Part shown: piece by piece, positions 20,152-29,538 of the stretch
Layout: each line of letters begins with the position of its first letter
Position numbering within the stretch: the first letter of the stretch is position 1
Assembly (NCBI GenBank): GCA_021736385.1
Contig: JAIPFY010000001.1
Span: 9,457-73,456 of the forward strand
Length of the DNA: 64,000 nt
Origin: Spirochaetia bacterium
Lineage (GTDB): Bacteria > Spirochaetota > Spirochaetia > CAKZLE01
Direction: 5' to 3'
The notes under the pieces: generated by a model
What the model was told of the DNA's origin: nothing
The model's database searches: none
The model's input: the letters and a program-made list of their open reading frames with translations, nothing else
Position numbers and translations under genes: made by a program

Positions 20152-21291
20152 TCAGCTCAATACACTCCTGCTGATGATCAGCTTCTGGATCTCGTTGGTT
20201 CCCTCGTAGATCTCCGTGATCTTTGCATCCCGGTACATCCGCTCAAGAGCGTAATCATTCATATACCCATACCCGCCATGAATCTGCAGGGCAAGGTTGG
20301 TCACGAACCGTGCGGTCTCAGAGGCATAGAGTTTGGCGATCGCACCCTCTGTCGTGACCGGCAGATTCTGATCGACCAGCCATGCTCCGCGATAGGTCAG
20401 CCATCGTGCCGCCTCGATGCGGGTCTTCATCTCTGCAAGATACCAGGCGATCCCCTGCTGGTAGCCGATGGGTTTACCGAACTGGGTTCGTTCCTTCGCA
20501 TACTTCACTGCCAGGTCGAATGCCCCTTCGGCTATTCCCAGACCCTGTGCAGCTGCTACGGTGATACGGGCTGCATCGATGGATGCCAGAGCCATGCTGA
20601 AGCCCTTACCGCGTTTACCGAGCATGTTCTCTTTCGGGACTCTCAGGTTCTCGAAGATCAGTTCAGCAGTGTCAGACCCTCTGATCCCCATCTTCTCTTC
20701 GATCTTCCCGATCTTCAATCCGGGAGTCCCCGCTTCTACGATGAACGCTGAGATGCCTTTGACTTTCAGTTCGGGCTCGGTCAGGGCGAGGATGGTATAG
20801 ATACCTGCCACACTGCCCCCTGAGATGAAGCATTTGGAACCGTTGAGCACGAAATCATCCCCGTCTTCGACGGCTACCGTCTGTACGTTCGAGGCATCAG
20901 AACCGGCATTCGGTTCGGTGAGGGCAAAAGCTCCAACCACCCCGCCTTCAAGCAGCGGACGCAGGTAGCGGTCTTTCTGCTCATGGGTCCCGAACAGGTG
21001 TATGAACCATGCGGCTCCCTGATGGATCGAATAGATGGCTGCCGTAGCAGCACACTTCTTTGCAAGTTCTTCGGTAGCTATGGTCTGAGCCATCTTATCA
21101 AGTCCCGAACCGCCGTACTCCTTGGGGAATCCCAGACCGGTGATACCACATTCGGTCAGCTTCCTGAAGGTCTCTGCAGGGAACCTGTGCTCCCGATCGA
21201 TCTCCGCTGCAATGGGTTCACAGACTTCTTCTGCGAACTTCCGTACCGTCTTCTGTACCATCTCCTGCGCGGGTGTCAGCCTAAAATCCAT
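20152..21291 (-). CDS. Short-chain acyl-CoA dehydrogenase (butyryl-CoA dehydrogenase/acryloyl-CoA reductase type)
   Basis: FALTEPNAGSD, QIHGGYGY, canonical IYEGTNEIQ with catalytic Glu. Confidence 0.92.
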   Translation of the reverse strand: MDFRLTPAQEMVQKTVRKFAEEVCEPIAAEIDREHRFPAETFRKLTECGITGLGFPKEYGGSGLDKMAQTIATEELAKKCAATAAIYSIHQGAAWFIHLFGTHEQKDRYLRPLLEGGVVGAFALTEPNAGSDASNVQTVAVEDGDDFVLNGSKCFISGGSVAGIYTILALTEPELKVKGISAFIVEAGTPGLKIGKIEEKMGIRGSDTAELIFENLRVPKENMLGKRGKGFSMALASIDAARITVAAAQGLGIAEGAFDLAVKYAKERTQFGKPIGYQQGIAWYLAEMKTRIEAARWLTYRGAWLVDQNLPVTTEGAIAKLYASETARFVTNLALQIHGGYGYMNDYALERMYRDAKITEIYEGTNEIQKLIISRSVLS

Positions 21292-21347
21292 ATGTCTACT
21301 CCTATGCTATCAGCAGGTGCTTTCCTTATGCAGGAACTGCTGATTCA

Positions 21348-22016
21348 TTACTCTATCCAGCTGATCAGATGATCGAGATCCTCTCGTTCACTGATCACAT
21401 TGTTCGCCGGGTAGTCCCAGTCGGGGTACCCGATAGCTATCGATATAGCCAGATTCTTGCTCTCTTCGATCCGGGCCATCCGCCGTACCACCGAGCTGTA
21501 GGTGACTCCCTGTTCTGCGATGCAGGTCCCCAGACCATACTCCATGGCTGCAAGACAGATCGTCTGTACCGCCCCGCCGATATCCATCAGAGGACCTTTG
21601 GGCGAGAGGGCTTTATCGTAGGTGATCACACAGACCGCAGGTGCATCGAAATACCTGAAGCCCCGTTCTACCCAGGCCTGCCGTTTCTCCGTATCTCCCC
21701 GCTGGATATCCATCGCCCCGAACAGCTGCTTGGCAATACCCACCTGACGTTTGCGGAAGATACTCTCCTTCGGCCATTCGCTGGTACTCAGTTCCGTCTC
21801 TGCGGGGTCTCCGTTCCGGAACTTCCGGGCGTTCTCCTGCTGGATCGCCTTGAGTGCCTCACCGCGGATGACCACGAACTCCCACGGCTGACTGTTGACC
21901 GAGGAGGGGGACCTTCGGGCTGCACAGAGCAGGTGTCTCAGGATCTCATCATCTACCGGTCTGTCCAGGAACTTCCGGATGCTTCGTCTCTCATGTATCG
22001 CTTCGAGCACATTCAT
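21348..22016 (-). CDS. Nitroreductase-family flavoprotein
   Basis: RRSIRKF, SPSSVNSQPWEF, GLGTC, IAIGYPD. Confidence 0.9.
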   Translation of the reverse strand: MNVLEAIHERRSIRKFLDRPVDDEILRHLLCAARRSPSSVNSQPWEFVVIRGEALKAIQQENARKFRNGDPAETELSTSEWPKESIFRKRQVGIAKQLFGAMDIQRGDTEKRQAWVERGFRYFDAPAVCVITYDKALSPKGPLMDIGGAVQTICLAAMEYGLGTCIAEQGVTYSSVVRRMARIEESKNLAISIAIGYPDWDYPANNVISEREDLDHLISWIE

Positions 22017-22039
22017 CTGCTGTTCTCCCCTCTTCAGAA

Positions 22040-23599
22040 TTACTCGGGATCTGCAAAGAATCGAGCTTCCATGACTTTCAGGTCCTCTGCTACAGAGATC
22101 TCAAAGGGGATCAGATCAAGGATCTGACTCTGCAGATCGATCCCGGGGGCGATCTCTATCAGATGCAGCCCAGCCTTCGTGAGTCTGAACACACAGCGTT
22201 CGGTGATATAGAGCACCTCCTGCCCGGTGTCATTGGCATACTCCCCACTGAAGCTCACCTGCTGCACTTCCGGTGTGAACTTCAGGATCGATCCCTCACG
22301 GTCGATAGACAGCTTACCTTCTTCGTAGTGGATCTGCAGGCCTTTCACACTGAAGGGGAAGCAGTAGACTGCTTTCTTGGTGTTCTGTGTGATGTTGATG
22401 AACCCGCCGACTCCTACGATACTGTCGCCTGACCTGCTCACGTTGACGTTGCCTTCATGATCGACCTCGAGAGCTCCGAGGAAGGTCACATCAAGACCTC
22501 CACCGTCATAGAAGTCGAACTGGTAGGGCTGGTCATAGATCACATGGGGGTTTATCGCCGCACCGAAGTCTGCACCGTTGGTAGGGATCCCTCCGAGCAC
22601 TCCTGATTCGACCGTCAGATGGCAGTTCTTGCTCTTCTCGATGAACCAGCCCACCATCTCAGGAAGTCCTCCCCCGAGGTTCGCGATACAGTCCTGAGGC
22701 ACTTCCTGAGCAGCCCGTCGGGTGATGATGTAGTGAGAGAGCGACCGTTTCTTCCCTCCGATCGAGCTCCGATCCTGCATCTTGCGCAGGAACTCCGGTA
22801 TATGCTCCTCGGGCATCCTGATATCACCGGTGTAGTAGGGATTGAAGACTTCGAAGTGGGTCTGTTTCTGATTCGGTTCCACCACGACCGCATCGACCAG
22901 GAGCGCAGGGATCTTGACTTCACTGGGTTTTGCCGGCATCGAGGAACAGCGTTCGACCTGTACGATGACCTTCCCGCCGTTGGCCTTCACCGCCTGTGCC
23001 ATCGACAGGGCATCGAGGAAGACCGCCTCCTTCTCCATCGTGATGTTCCCGCGCGGGTCTACGGTAGTACCTCTGATCAGCGCATAGTCGAGCGGGAAGG
23101 CCTTGTAGAACAGGTACTCCTCTCCGTCGATCTCATAGAGGCTCACCATCTCATCTTTGGAGATGCTGTTGAGCTTCCCCCCCTCTCTGCGGGGATCACA
23201 GAAGGTCTTCAGTCCCACTTTCGTCAGCAGACCGGGTTTCCTCCCTGCCATGGCACGGAACATCTGTGAGATGACTCCCATGGGGATGTTGTAGGCTTCG
23301 ATCTTCTCAGCCGCTCCCATGTCAGCAAGAGTCAGCATCGATCGATAGTGTCCTGCGATCACTTTGGTGAACAGTCCATCGAGGCTGATCTGATCGATGA
23401 AACTGACTCTGTCGTAGATCCCCTGTCCTGCAGCCACCACGAGGGTCAGATCCCTTGGTTCCTGTTCTGCTTCGAATCGTTCCTTGATGGCGACTTCCAG
23501 CGTCTCCGGTTGTGCAAGCGGGCCGAAGCCGTTGATCGCTATGACCTTGCCGTTCTCTATCATCTGTGCAGCTGCTTCTTTCGTTACTATCTTCATCAT
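22040..23599 (-). CDS. pct: Propionate CoA-transferase / YdiF-type family I CoA transferase
   Basis: GLKTFCDPR, catalytic ESG motif, FDFYDGGGLD, GGFINITQ, YITERCVF. Confidence 0.85.
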   Translation of the reverse strand: MMKIVTKEAAAQMIENGKVIAINGFGPLAQPETLEVAIKERFEAEQEPRDLTLVVAAGQGIYDRVSFIDQISLDGLFTKVIAGHYRSMLTLADMGAAEKIEAYNIPMGVISQMFRAMAGRKPGLLTKVGLKTFCDPRREGGKLNSISKDEMVSLYEIDGEEYLFYKAFPLDYALIRGTTVDPRGNITMEKEAVFLDALSMAQAVKANGGKVIVQVERCSSMPAKPSEVKIPALLVDAVVVEPNQKQTHFEVFNPYYTGDIRMPEEHIPEFLRKMQDRSSIGGKKRSLSHYIITRRAAQEVPQDCIANLGGGLPEMVGWFIEKSKNCHLTVESGVLGGIPTNGADFGAAINPHVIYDQPYQFDFYDGGGLDVTFLGALEVDHEGNVNVSRSGDSIVGVGGFINITQNTKKAVYCFPFSVKGLQIHYEEGKLSIDREGSILKFTPEVQQVSFSGEYANDTGQEVLYITERCVFRLTKAGLHLIEIAPGIDLQSQILDLIPFEISVAEDLKVMEARFFADPE

Positions 23600-23602
23600 C
23601 TG

Positions 23603-24625
23603 TCATGCTTCCTTACGTTGTGCAAGTCGATCGATCAGCAGAGGCAGGATCGTGTCCCACTCCTCTGCAACACCTATGTCAGCTGTGGCGAAGATCGCCG
23701 CATGCGGGTCTCTGTTTATGGCGATGTGGAGCTTCGGGTCCTTGATCCCGCAGGTATGATGTGCGGCTCCCGATATACCGATACTCATGTACAGTGCAGG
23801 GTGGATCACCGCCCCGCTGGTCCCTATCATGGAATCCTCACGTTCTGTCCATCCCTGGTCCAGCGCGGGCCGGGTACAGCCGACAGCACCGTGGAAGAGC
23901 GAAGCGAGCTGTTCAAGCTGTTCCCAGTGCTCTTTACTCCCTATCCCCAGACCTCCGCCGATGACCACTTCCGCACTGCCGATGTCCACATCCTCTGTCT
24001 TCTGATCTCTCACTGAGGAGATCAGCCTGATGGGATCGAAAGCTCTGCTGTTCACGACCTCCAGCATGCGTACCCGGCAGGTGCGCCTGCTATCGACTTC
24101 AGCCCGCTCGAACATGCCTTTCTTGATCGTAGCCATCTGAGGCCGGGTATCAGGGCAGTAGATGTCTCCGAGGATCTTCCCTGCGAACGCCGGTACGACC
24201 TGTACATACGCATCCTGATCGAATCTCAGTTCGACACAGTGAGCTGCGAGCCCGGTGCGCAGGCGCACGGCGGCAGAAGAGGCCATCTCCGAGCCCTGCA
24301 CCGTGGCAAGGATCAGGGCGATCTCCGGCTTCACCTGCTCGATAGCCGCTTCCAGGGCATCGATGTAGAGATCGGGACGATAGTCCCGGTATGCTTCTCC
24401 TTCGATGCAGATCACTTCATCGGCACCGTTCCATCCGAGTTCCGGTGCGAATCGCTGCACATCATCCCCGATGAGCAGCGCATGGACCCGGCAGGGACGA
24501 TCCATCTGTCGCTGCAGTCTGCCGGCTTCTCCGAGCAGTTCCAGCATCCCCTCCGATGGTCCTTCATCATTGTGCGAGCCATATACGAGAATCCCAGAAT
24601 ACTTCTGTGTTTCCTGTTGCTGCAT
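23603..24625 (-). CDS. etfA: Divergent ETF alpha subunit
   Basis: GLAAHC, VPAFAG, RPQMAT, IGTSG, GISGAAHH. Confidence 0.85.
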   Translation of the reverse strand: MQQQETQKYSGILVYGSHNDEGPSEGMLELLGEAGRLQRQMDRPCRVHALLIGDDVQRFAPELGWNGADEVICIEGEAYRDYRPDLYIDALEAAIEQVKPEIALILATVQGSEMASSAAVRLRTGLAAHCVELRFDQDAYVQVVPAFAGKILGDIYCPDTRPQMATIKKGMFERAEVDSRRTCRVRMLEVVNSRAFDPIRLISSVRDQKTEDVDIGSAEVVIGGGLGIGSKEHWEQLEQLASLFHGAVGCTRPALDQGWTEREDSMIGTSGAVIHPALYMSIGISGAAHHTCGIKDPKLHIAINRDPHAAIFATADIGVAEEWDTILPLLIDRLAQRKEA

Positions 24626-24636
24626 AAGTCTCTCTC

Positions 24637-25446
24637 CTAGTGTTCCTGAAGCACGCCGGCTTTCCGTATCTCGAGAAGCAGCTGTTCGACGATCTCATCA
24701 GCTGTACCGGTGAGCATCCTCACCTCCTTCTGCTGCGGCGGCTCATAGATAGCTCCTGCCTTCGTCGGAGATCCTGCATCCCCGATACGATCCTCATCTG
24801 CTCCGAGATCAGCAGCTCTGAGGATCTCATAGGGGATCCGGGTCGAGTACTTGATCCCTCTCAGGGTCTGATACTGCTTCTGAGCAACCTGACGGGTCAC
24901 CCCGCACAGCATCGGCGGTGTGACTTCATAGGTGTTCACCCCGTGGTCGGAGGCTGCCGATACCACAAAGTGGTCCTGATGGTAGTCGATCGATCGTACG
25001 TGGAGCACATGAGGGATCTGCAGCCACTCTCCGAGCTGGGCTGAGACCTGGTTCGTCCCGCCATCGGAACTCTCGTTGCCGGTCAGGATCAGATCGTACG
25101 GGCCCCGGGCAGCTATAGCCTCTGAGAGGGTATAGGCGGTAGCCAGAGTGTCGGCTCCTGCGAATTTCCGGTCACTGAGCAGTACGATCGCATCAGCTCC
25201 GTAGGCCGCTGCTTCCAGCAGGGTCTCACGACTGTCATCAGGGGCCATAGAGAAGAGGGTGATGCTCCCGCCGTGCTGCTGTTTCAGTTCAGCTGCCCGG
25301 ATCACGGCGTATCGGTCGAGCTCATTGAGCATCGCAGGAGCTCCTGCCCTCTGCAGTCTCTTGGTCTTCGGATCGACGCTGATCTTATCGTAGTATGCCG
25401 GATCAGGTACCGGTTTGATGCATACAGCTATGTTCAGTCCTTTCAT
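24637..25446 (-). CDS. etfB: Divergent ETF beta subunit
   Basis: CIKPVPD, FAGADTLAT, GNESSDGGTNQV, GSPT. Confidence 0.88.
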   Translation of the reverse strand: MKGLNIAVCIKPVPDPAYYDKISVDPKTKRLQRAGAPAMLNELDRYAVIRAAELKQQHGGSITLFSMAPDDSRETLLEAAAYGADAIVLLSDRKFAGADTLATAYTLSEAIAARGPYDLILTGNESSDGGTNQVSAQLGEWLQIPHVLHVRSIDYHQDHFVVSAASDHGVNTYEVTPPMLCGVTRQVAQKQYQTLRGIKYSTRIPYEILRAADLGADEDRIGDAGSPTKAGAIYEPPQQKEVRMLTGTADEIVEQLLLEIRKAGVLQEH

Positions 25447-25464
25447 GTACGCTCCTTCTCCTCC

Positions 25465-26607
25465 CTAGCTCAACGCATCACGCGCTGCGACGATAGACAT
25501 GATATGAGAGGTACCTCCCGAAGGGATGACCGCAAGGGCATCTCTGAGATACCTGCCGATGGGATACTCATCAAGCAGCCCGTAGCTGCCCATCATATCC
25601 ATACTGCGTTTGGCGGCTCGTACGGCCGCTTCTGCACAGAAGAGTTTTGCTGAGGAGATCCTCGGCAGATACTTCCTGTCATGTCCCTGCAGGGAGACGG
25701 CATTATAGAGCATAGCATGAGAAGCCTCATACTCGGCACGATTCTGTGCGATGATCGACTGCGCGGTATAGAGTCGTGAGAGGGGTTTCCCGTAGATGAT
25801 CCGCTGCTTGGCGAACGAGATGCTCTCTTCGTAGCAGCCCCGCAGGATCCCGACAGCGATCGCGGTCATGGCAGATCGTCCGTATCGTCCGATGGTCTGC
25901 AGTGCCACACGAGCTCCGCTTCCTGCAGGTCCCATGGCATACCAGGAGGGTATACGGATCTCTTTCATGATCAGGTCCCCTGTGGTCGAGGACTTCATAC
26001 CGATCTTGTGTTCGACCCTGCCCCAGGTGAAGCCTTCATCTTCTGCAGGCACCAGCACGGCACTGATGATGTTGCGCCCGTTGGCTTCAGTACCCTCGAC
26101 ACCGGTGATGATCGCAAAATCAGCGAACCGGGCATTGGTGACAAAGCACTTCTGTCCACTCACGAGGTAGTGATCATCCCGGGCAGTGATGGTACTCGAC
26201 TGATTGGAGAAGTCAGACCCGCCGGTCCATTCGGTTACGGCGAAACTCCCGATCTTCTCTCCCTTCAGCAGAGCCGGCAGATAGAGGTCCTTGAGCTCCT
26301 GTGAGGCAAAATCCTGGATGATCGCGATGGTGATATCGTTGGTCATGAACGCGATGGCAAGACCGGCAGAGTGCCTGGCGATCTCTTCGATCATGATCGT
26401 CCGTTCGGTAAGCCCGAACCCGACTCCCCCTTCTGATTCAGGGATGAAGCTGCCTATCATGCCGAGGGCTGCCATCTTCGGCCACAATTCCTGAGGACAG
26501 GTGTCCTGCTCATCCCATTGCTTCGCAAACGGCGCTATGGTATCTTCCACAAAAGCATGTATGGTCTTTCGTACGAGCTTCTGCTCCTCAGAGAAGAATT
26601 CAAACAC
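25465..26607 (-). CDS. Acyl-CoA dehydrogenase-family protein lacking the canonical catalytic Glu
   Basis: FAVTEWTGGSD, GQKCFVTN, MGSYGL..EYP..RYLRDA; IPSGGT in place of IYEGT. Confidence 0.88.
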   Translation of the reverse strand: MFEFFSEEQKLVRKTIHAFVEDTIAPFAKQWDEQDTCPQELWPKMAALGMIGSFIPESEGGVGFGLTERTIMIEEIARHSAGLAIAFMTNDITIAIIQDFASQELKDLYLPALLKGEKIGSFAVTEWTGGSDFSNQSSTITARDDHYLVSGQKCFVTNARFADFAIITGVEGTEANGRNIISAVLVPAEDEGFTWGRVEHKIGMKSSTTGDLIMKEIRIPSWYAMGPAGSGARVALQTIGRYGRSAMTAIAVGILRGCYEESISFAKQRIIYGKPLSRLYTAQSIIAQNRAEYEASHAMLYNAVSLQGHDRKYLPRISSAKLFCAEAAVRAAKRSMDMMGSYGLLDEYPIGRYLRDALAVIPSGGTSHIMSIVAARDALS

Positions 26608-26650
26608 ATCAGCCTCCTGAAATTAGTACTTATCCGTGTATTCGGTATGC

Positions 26651-26679
26651 AGTATATCACTGCAATTACTATTTGGCAA
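26651..26679 (-). promoter_or_regulatory. Sigma70-type promoter of the acyl-CoA operon
   Basis: TTGCCA-N17-TATACT on the minus strand; overlapped by palindrome TGCAGT-N5-ACTGCA. Confidence 0.6.
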
Positions 26680-26850
26680 CAAATATTTCGTATGCGTACA
26701 ATATAGTGAAAGACCCCTATGACGGCCCTCACAGGCTCGATACCAAAGGGATCCTTGCTCGAACGGGACGCATCTTCTGCCTGACCTTTTTTCTTCTGAG
26801 TCCATTCATCGCTTGCCCGATACGGCAGATGTACAGTACAATGATCCATC

Positions 26851-28560
26851 ATGTGGATCACAGATGGACCGGTAGGTCTCCTCATCAGCCTGGTAAGCCA
26901 GGGCGGACTCATCGTCTTCTTCGCCGTAGTGCTCTTCAGGGTCGGTCTGTTCAGATCCATCCTGTTTCGATCAGGCAGGTCTCTGGGTGGTACCATCGTT
27001 CTGGTACTGTACTTCGGCGGGATGGGCATCATCGGGACCTATACCGGCATACCCATCCAGGGAGCTCTGGCGAACTCACGGATCGTGGGTGTCTTCGCAG
27101 GAGGCCTCATCGGAGGACCTGCGGTCGGTATCATCGCAGGGATCCTGGCAGGGATGCACCGCTGGGTCATAGATATCGGGGGGTTCACCTCCGTAGCCTG
27201 TATGATCTCGACCATCACCGAGGGCATGCTCGCAGCACTGCTGTACCGTCGCTTCCAGCTCAGTTCGAGGAAGTGGCTCATCGGTATCATCGGCGGGGCT
27301 GCTGCCGAGACCCTGCAGATGATCATCATCCTCCTGGTAGCCCGACCCTTCATCGCCGCTGTGGAGCTGGTCTCCACTATCGGCATCCCCATGATCATCG
27401 GTAATGCCATCGGGATCGGGATGTTCGTGGCCATCAGCGAGTTCCTCTACCGTGATGAAGAGCGTATCGCAGCCCGCCAGTCCCAGAAGGTGCTGGAGAT
27501 CGTCGAGACGACCCTCCCGTTCTTCAAGAAGGGCTATACCGAAGAGCAGGCACAGCGTACCGCCGAGGTCATTCTCGACAAACTCGATATCGCGGCAGTG
27601 GCCTTCACCGATACCGAAAGGATCCTTGCCCATGCGGGTATCGGTGATGATCATCATCATGCGGGAGTCCCCATCCTCACGAGTTCCACGAAACAGGCGA
27701 TCAGTACCGGCACACTGCAGATCACCCTGCAGCAGAAGGATATCGCATGTCCGAACCCGGACTGTCCGCTCAGATCGGCAGTGATCGTCCCGCTGATGAG
27801 AGCCGATCATCCGATCGGTGCATTGAAGCTCTACCGTGATAAGGAGTTCGCCATCAGTCAGGTGGACCTGGAGGTCGCCAAGGGTCTTGCGAACCTGCTC
27901 TCTCTGCAGATCGAACTCAGTGAGATCGAGAAGGGGGAACAGCTTCTGGCAAAGGCCCGCCTGAGAGCCCTGCAGAGTCAGATCAACCCCCATTTTCTCT
28001 TCAATACCATGAACACGATCTCTTCGTTCATCAGCGATGACCCGGAGAAGGCCAGGAACCTGCTGCTGAATCTGAGTGACTACTACCGGAGCAGGATGCA
28101 TCTGGCTCGTGACTTCATCTCCCTTGCTGCAGAGATCGAGAACATTCATACCTATATCGAGATCGAGAAGGCCCGCTTCGGTGACAAGCTGACAGTCTCC
28201 TATGACATCAGCTGTGACCAGAGTGTCCTGCTGCCCCCGCTCATCCTCCAGCCGATCGTGGAGAACGCGGTCAAGCACGGGATCCAGAAGAGTATCCGCA
28301 GCGGCACGATCACCATCTCAGCTCACGATGCGGCTTCAGGGATCAGGATAGGGGTGAGCGATGACGGGATCGGTATGGATGAGCAGAGGCTCACGGAGGT
28401 ACAGCGGCTGGAAGACCACGCACATGGACTGGGTAATGTCAATCAGCGGCTGATCAATCTCTATGGGGCTGATCACTGCCTGAACATAGTATCTATCCTT
28501 GATAAGGGGACCACCATATGGATGACCATACCCGGCGGGGAACAGACCTCAGGATCCTGA
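26851..28560 (+). CDS. LytS/BtsS-type sensor kinase (5TM-LYT, GAF, His_kinase)
   Basis: ANSRIVG, GGP.VG, LQSQINPHFLFN, LQPIVENAVKHG. Confidence 0.93.
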   Translation: MWITDGPVGLLISLVSQGGLIVFFAVVLFRVGLFRSILFRSGRSLGGTIVLVLYFGGMGIIGTYTGIPIQGALANSRIVGVFAGGLIGGPAVGIIAGILAGMHRWVIDIGGFTSVACMISTITEGMLAALLYRRFQLSSRKWLIGIIGGAAAETLQMIIILLVARPFIAAVELVSTIGIPMIIGNAIGIGMFVAISEFLYRDEERIAARQSQKVLEIVETTLPFFKKGYTEEQAQRTAEVILDKLDIAAVAFTDTERILAHAGIGDDHHHAGVPILTSSTKQAISTGTLQITLQQKDIACPNPDCPLRSAVIVPLMRADHPIGALKLYRDKEFAISQVDLEVAKGLANLLSLQIELSEIEKGEQLLAKARLRALQSQINPHFLFNTMNTISSFISDDPEKARNLLLNLSDYYRSRMHLARDFISLAAEIENIHTYIEIEKARFGDKLTVSYDISCDQSVLLPPLILQPIVENAVKHGIQKSIRSGTITISAHDAASGIRIGVSDDGIGMDEQRLTEVQRLEDHAHGLGNVNQRLINLYGADHCLNIVSILDKGTTIWMTIPGGEQTSGS

Positions 28561-29321
28561 TCGCCGATGATGAGGCTCCTGCACGAAGAGAGATCAGAAG
28601 GCTCCTGCAGAACGAGCAGGACATGCTCATCATACATGAGTCTGATAACGGGATCGATGCCTATGAGCAGGCTCTCATGCAGCGCCCCGATATCGTCTTC
28701 CTCGACATGCAGATGCCTGGGATGACCGGTATCGAAGTCGCTCAGGGGTTTCTCACCCATGAGTACGTTCCGCTGATCGTCTTCATCACCGCTTATGACA
28801 GCTATGCGGTAGAGGCGTTTGACCTGCACGCGGTGGACTATCTGCTCAAGCCCATGCATGAGCAGCGGTTCCACCGGATGCTCACCCGCATACGGGAGCG
28901 ACTCGCAGCACAGGCCGGGCAGCAGCTCGATACATCCAGACTGCAGGAACTGCTGCAGCAGCTGCATACCGACAGCGGCAGTCCTTCTGCAAAGAGGATC
29001 TCGGTCTTCAAGGGAGAGAAGATCATCCCGCTGAAGATACAGGACATCCTCTTCGCCGAGGCAAAGGGGCGTTCCTGCATGATCTATACCGCTGATGCGG
29101 AGTACCGCAGTTCCTACCTGATGTATGAACTGCAGCAGATCCTCACCATGCCGATGTTCTATCACTCTCACCGCTCATACCTGATCAATCTTGACCGGAT
29201 CGCTTCGATCGAGATCTGGTTCAACAACACCTATCGGGTCATGATGGAGGGCCGGGATGAGCACATACCGGTAAGCAGAGGGAACACGGCAGAATTCAGG
29301 GAACTGATGAATCTGGTCTGA
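28518..29321 (+). CDS. LytTR-family response regulator
   Basis: ADDE, FLDMQMP, AVDYLLKP, HRSYLINL, IPVSR. Confidence 0.93.
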   Translation: MDDHTRRGTDLRILIADDEAPARREIRRLLQNEQDMLIIHESDNGIDAYEQALMQRPDIVFLDMQMPGMTGIEVAQGFLTHEYVPLIVFITAYDSYAVEAFDLHAVDYLLKPMHEQRFHRMLTRIRERLAAQAGQQLDTSRLQELLQQLHTDSGSPSAKRISVFKGEKIIPLKIQDILFAEAKGRSCMIYTADAEYRSSYLMYELQQILTMPMFYHSHRSYLINLDRIASIEIWFNNTYRVMMEGRDEHIPVSRGNTAEFRELMNLV

Positions 29322-29339
29322 TTCACAGCTGTCTACCAT

Positions 29340-29370
29340 TCATGCAGCAGATTTGACATCTCATGCAGCA
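29340..29370 (+). promoter_or_regulatory. LytTR-binding direct repeat upstream of cstA
   Basis: TCATGCAGCA at 29340 and 29361 (21-bp period), followed by TG-C-TATATT extended -10 near 29396. Confidence 0.7.
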
Positions 29371-29538
29371 CCAAGCCCTTCTGAGAATCCACTCATGCTA
29401 TATTCCCTCCCATAGTTCATAGACAGATGCACCGGAAGATGGGGAACAGGCTGTACGATCCGCAGATCCTTCGATCTCCAACCGTCTTGACACGGGGTCG
29501 TTCCCCACCTTCAGGGCATCTGAACAAGAGGAGGAATC

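Noticed and set aside
26673..27404. 243-aa ORF overlapping lytS
   Set aside because: Alternative frame, Arg/His-rich, no domain
27076..28278. 400-aa ORF on - strand (and similar long antisense ORFs at 29833, 47684, 49544, 60688)
   Set aside because: Shadows of well-supported genes, expected from the codon bias
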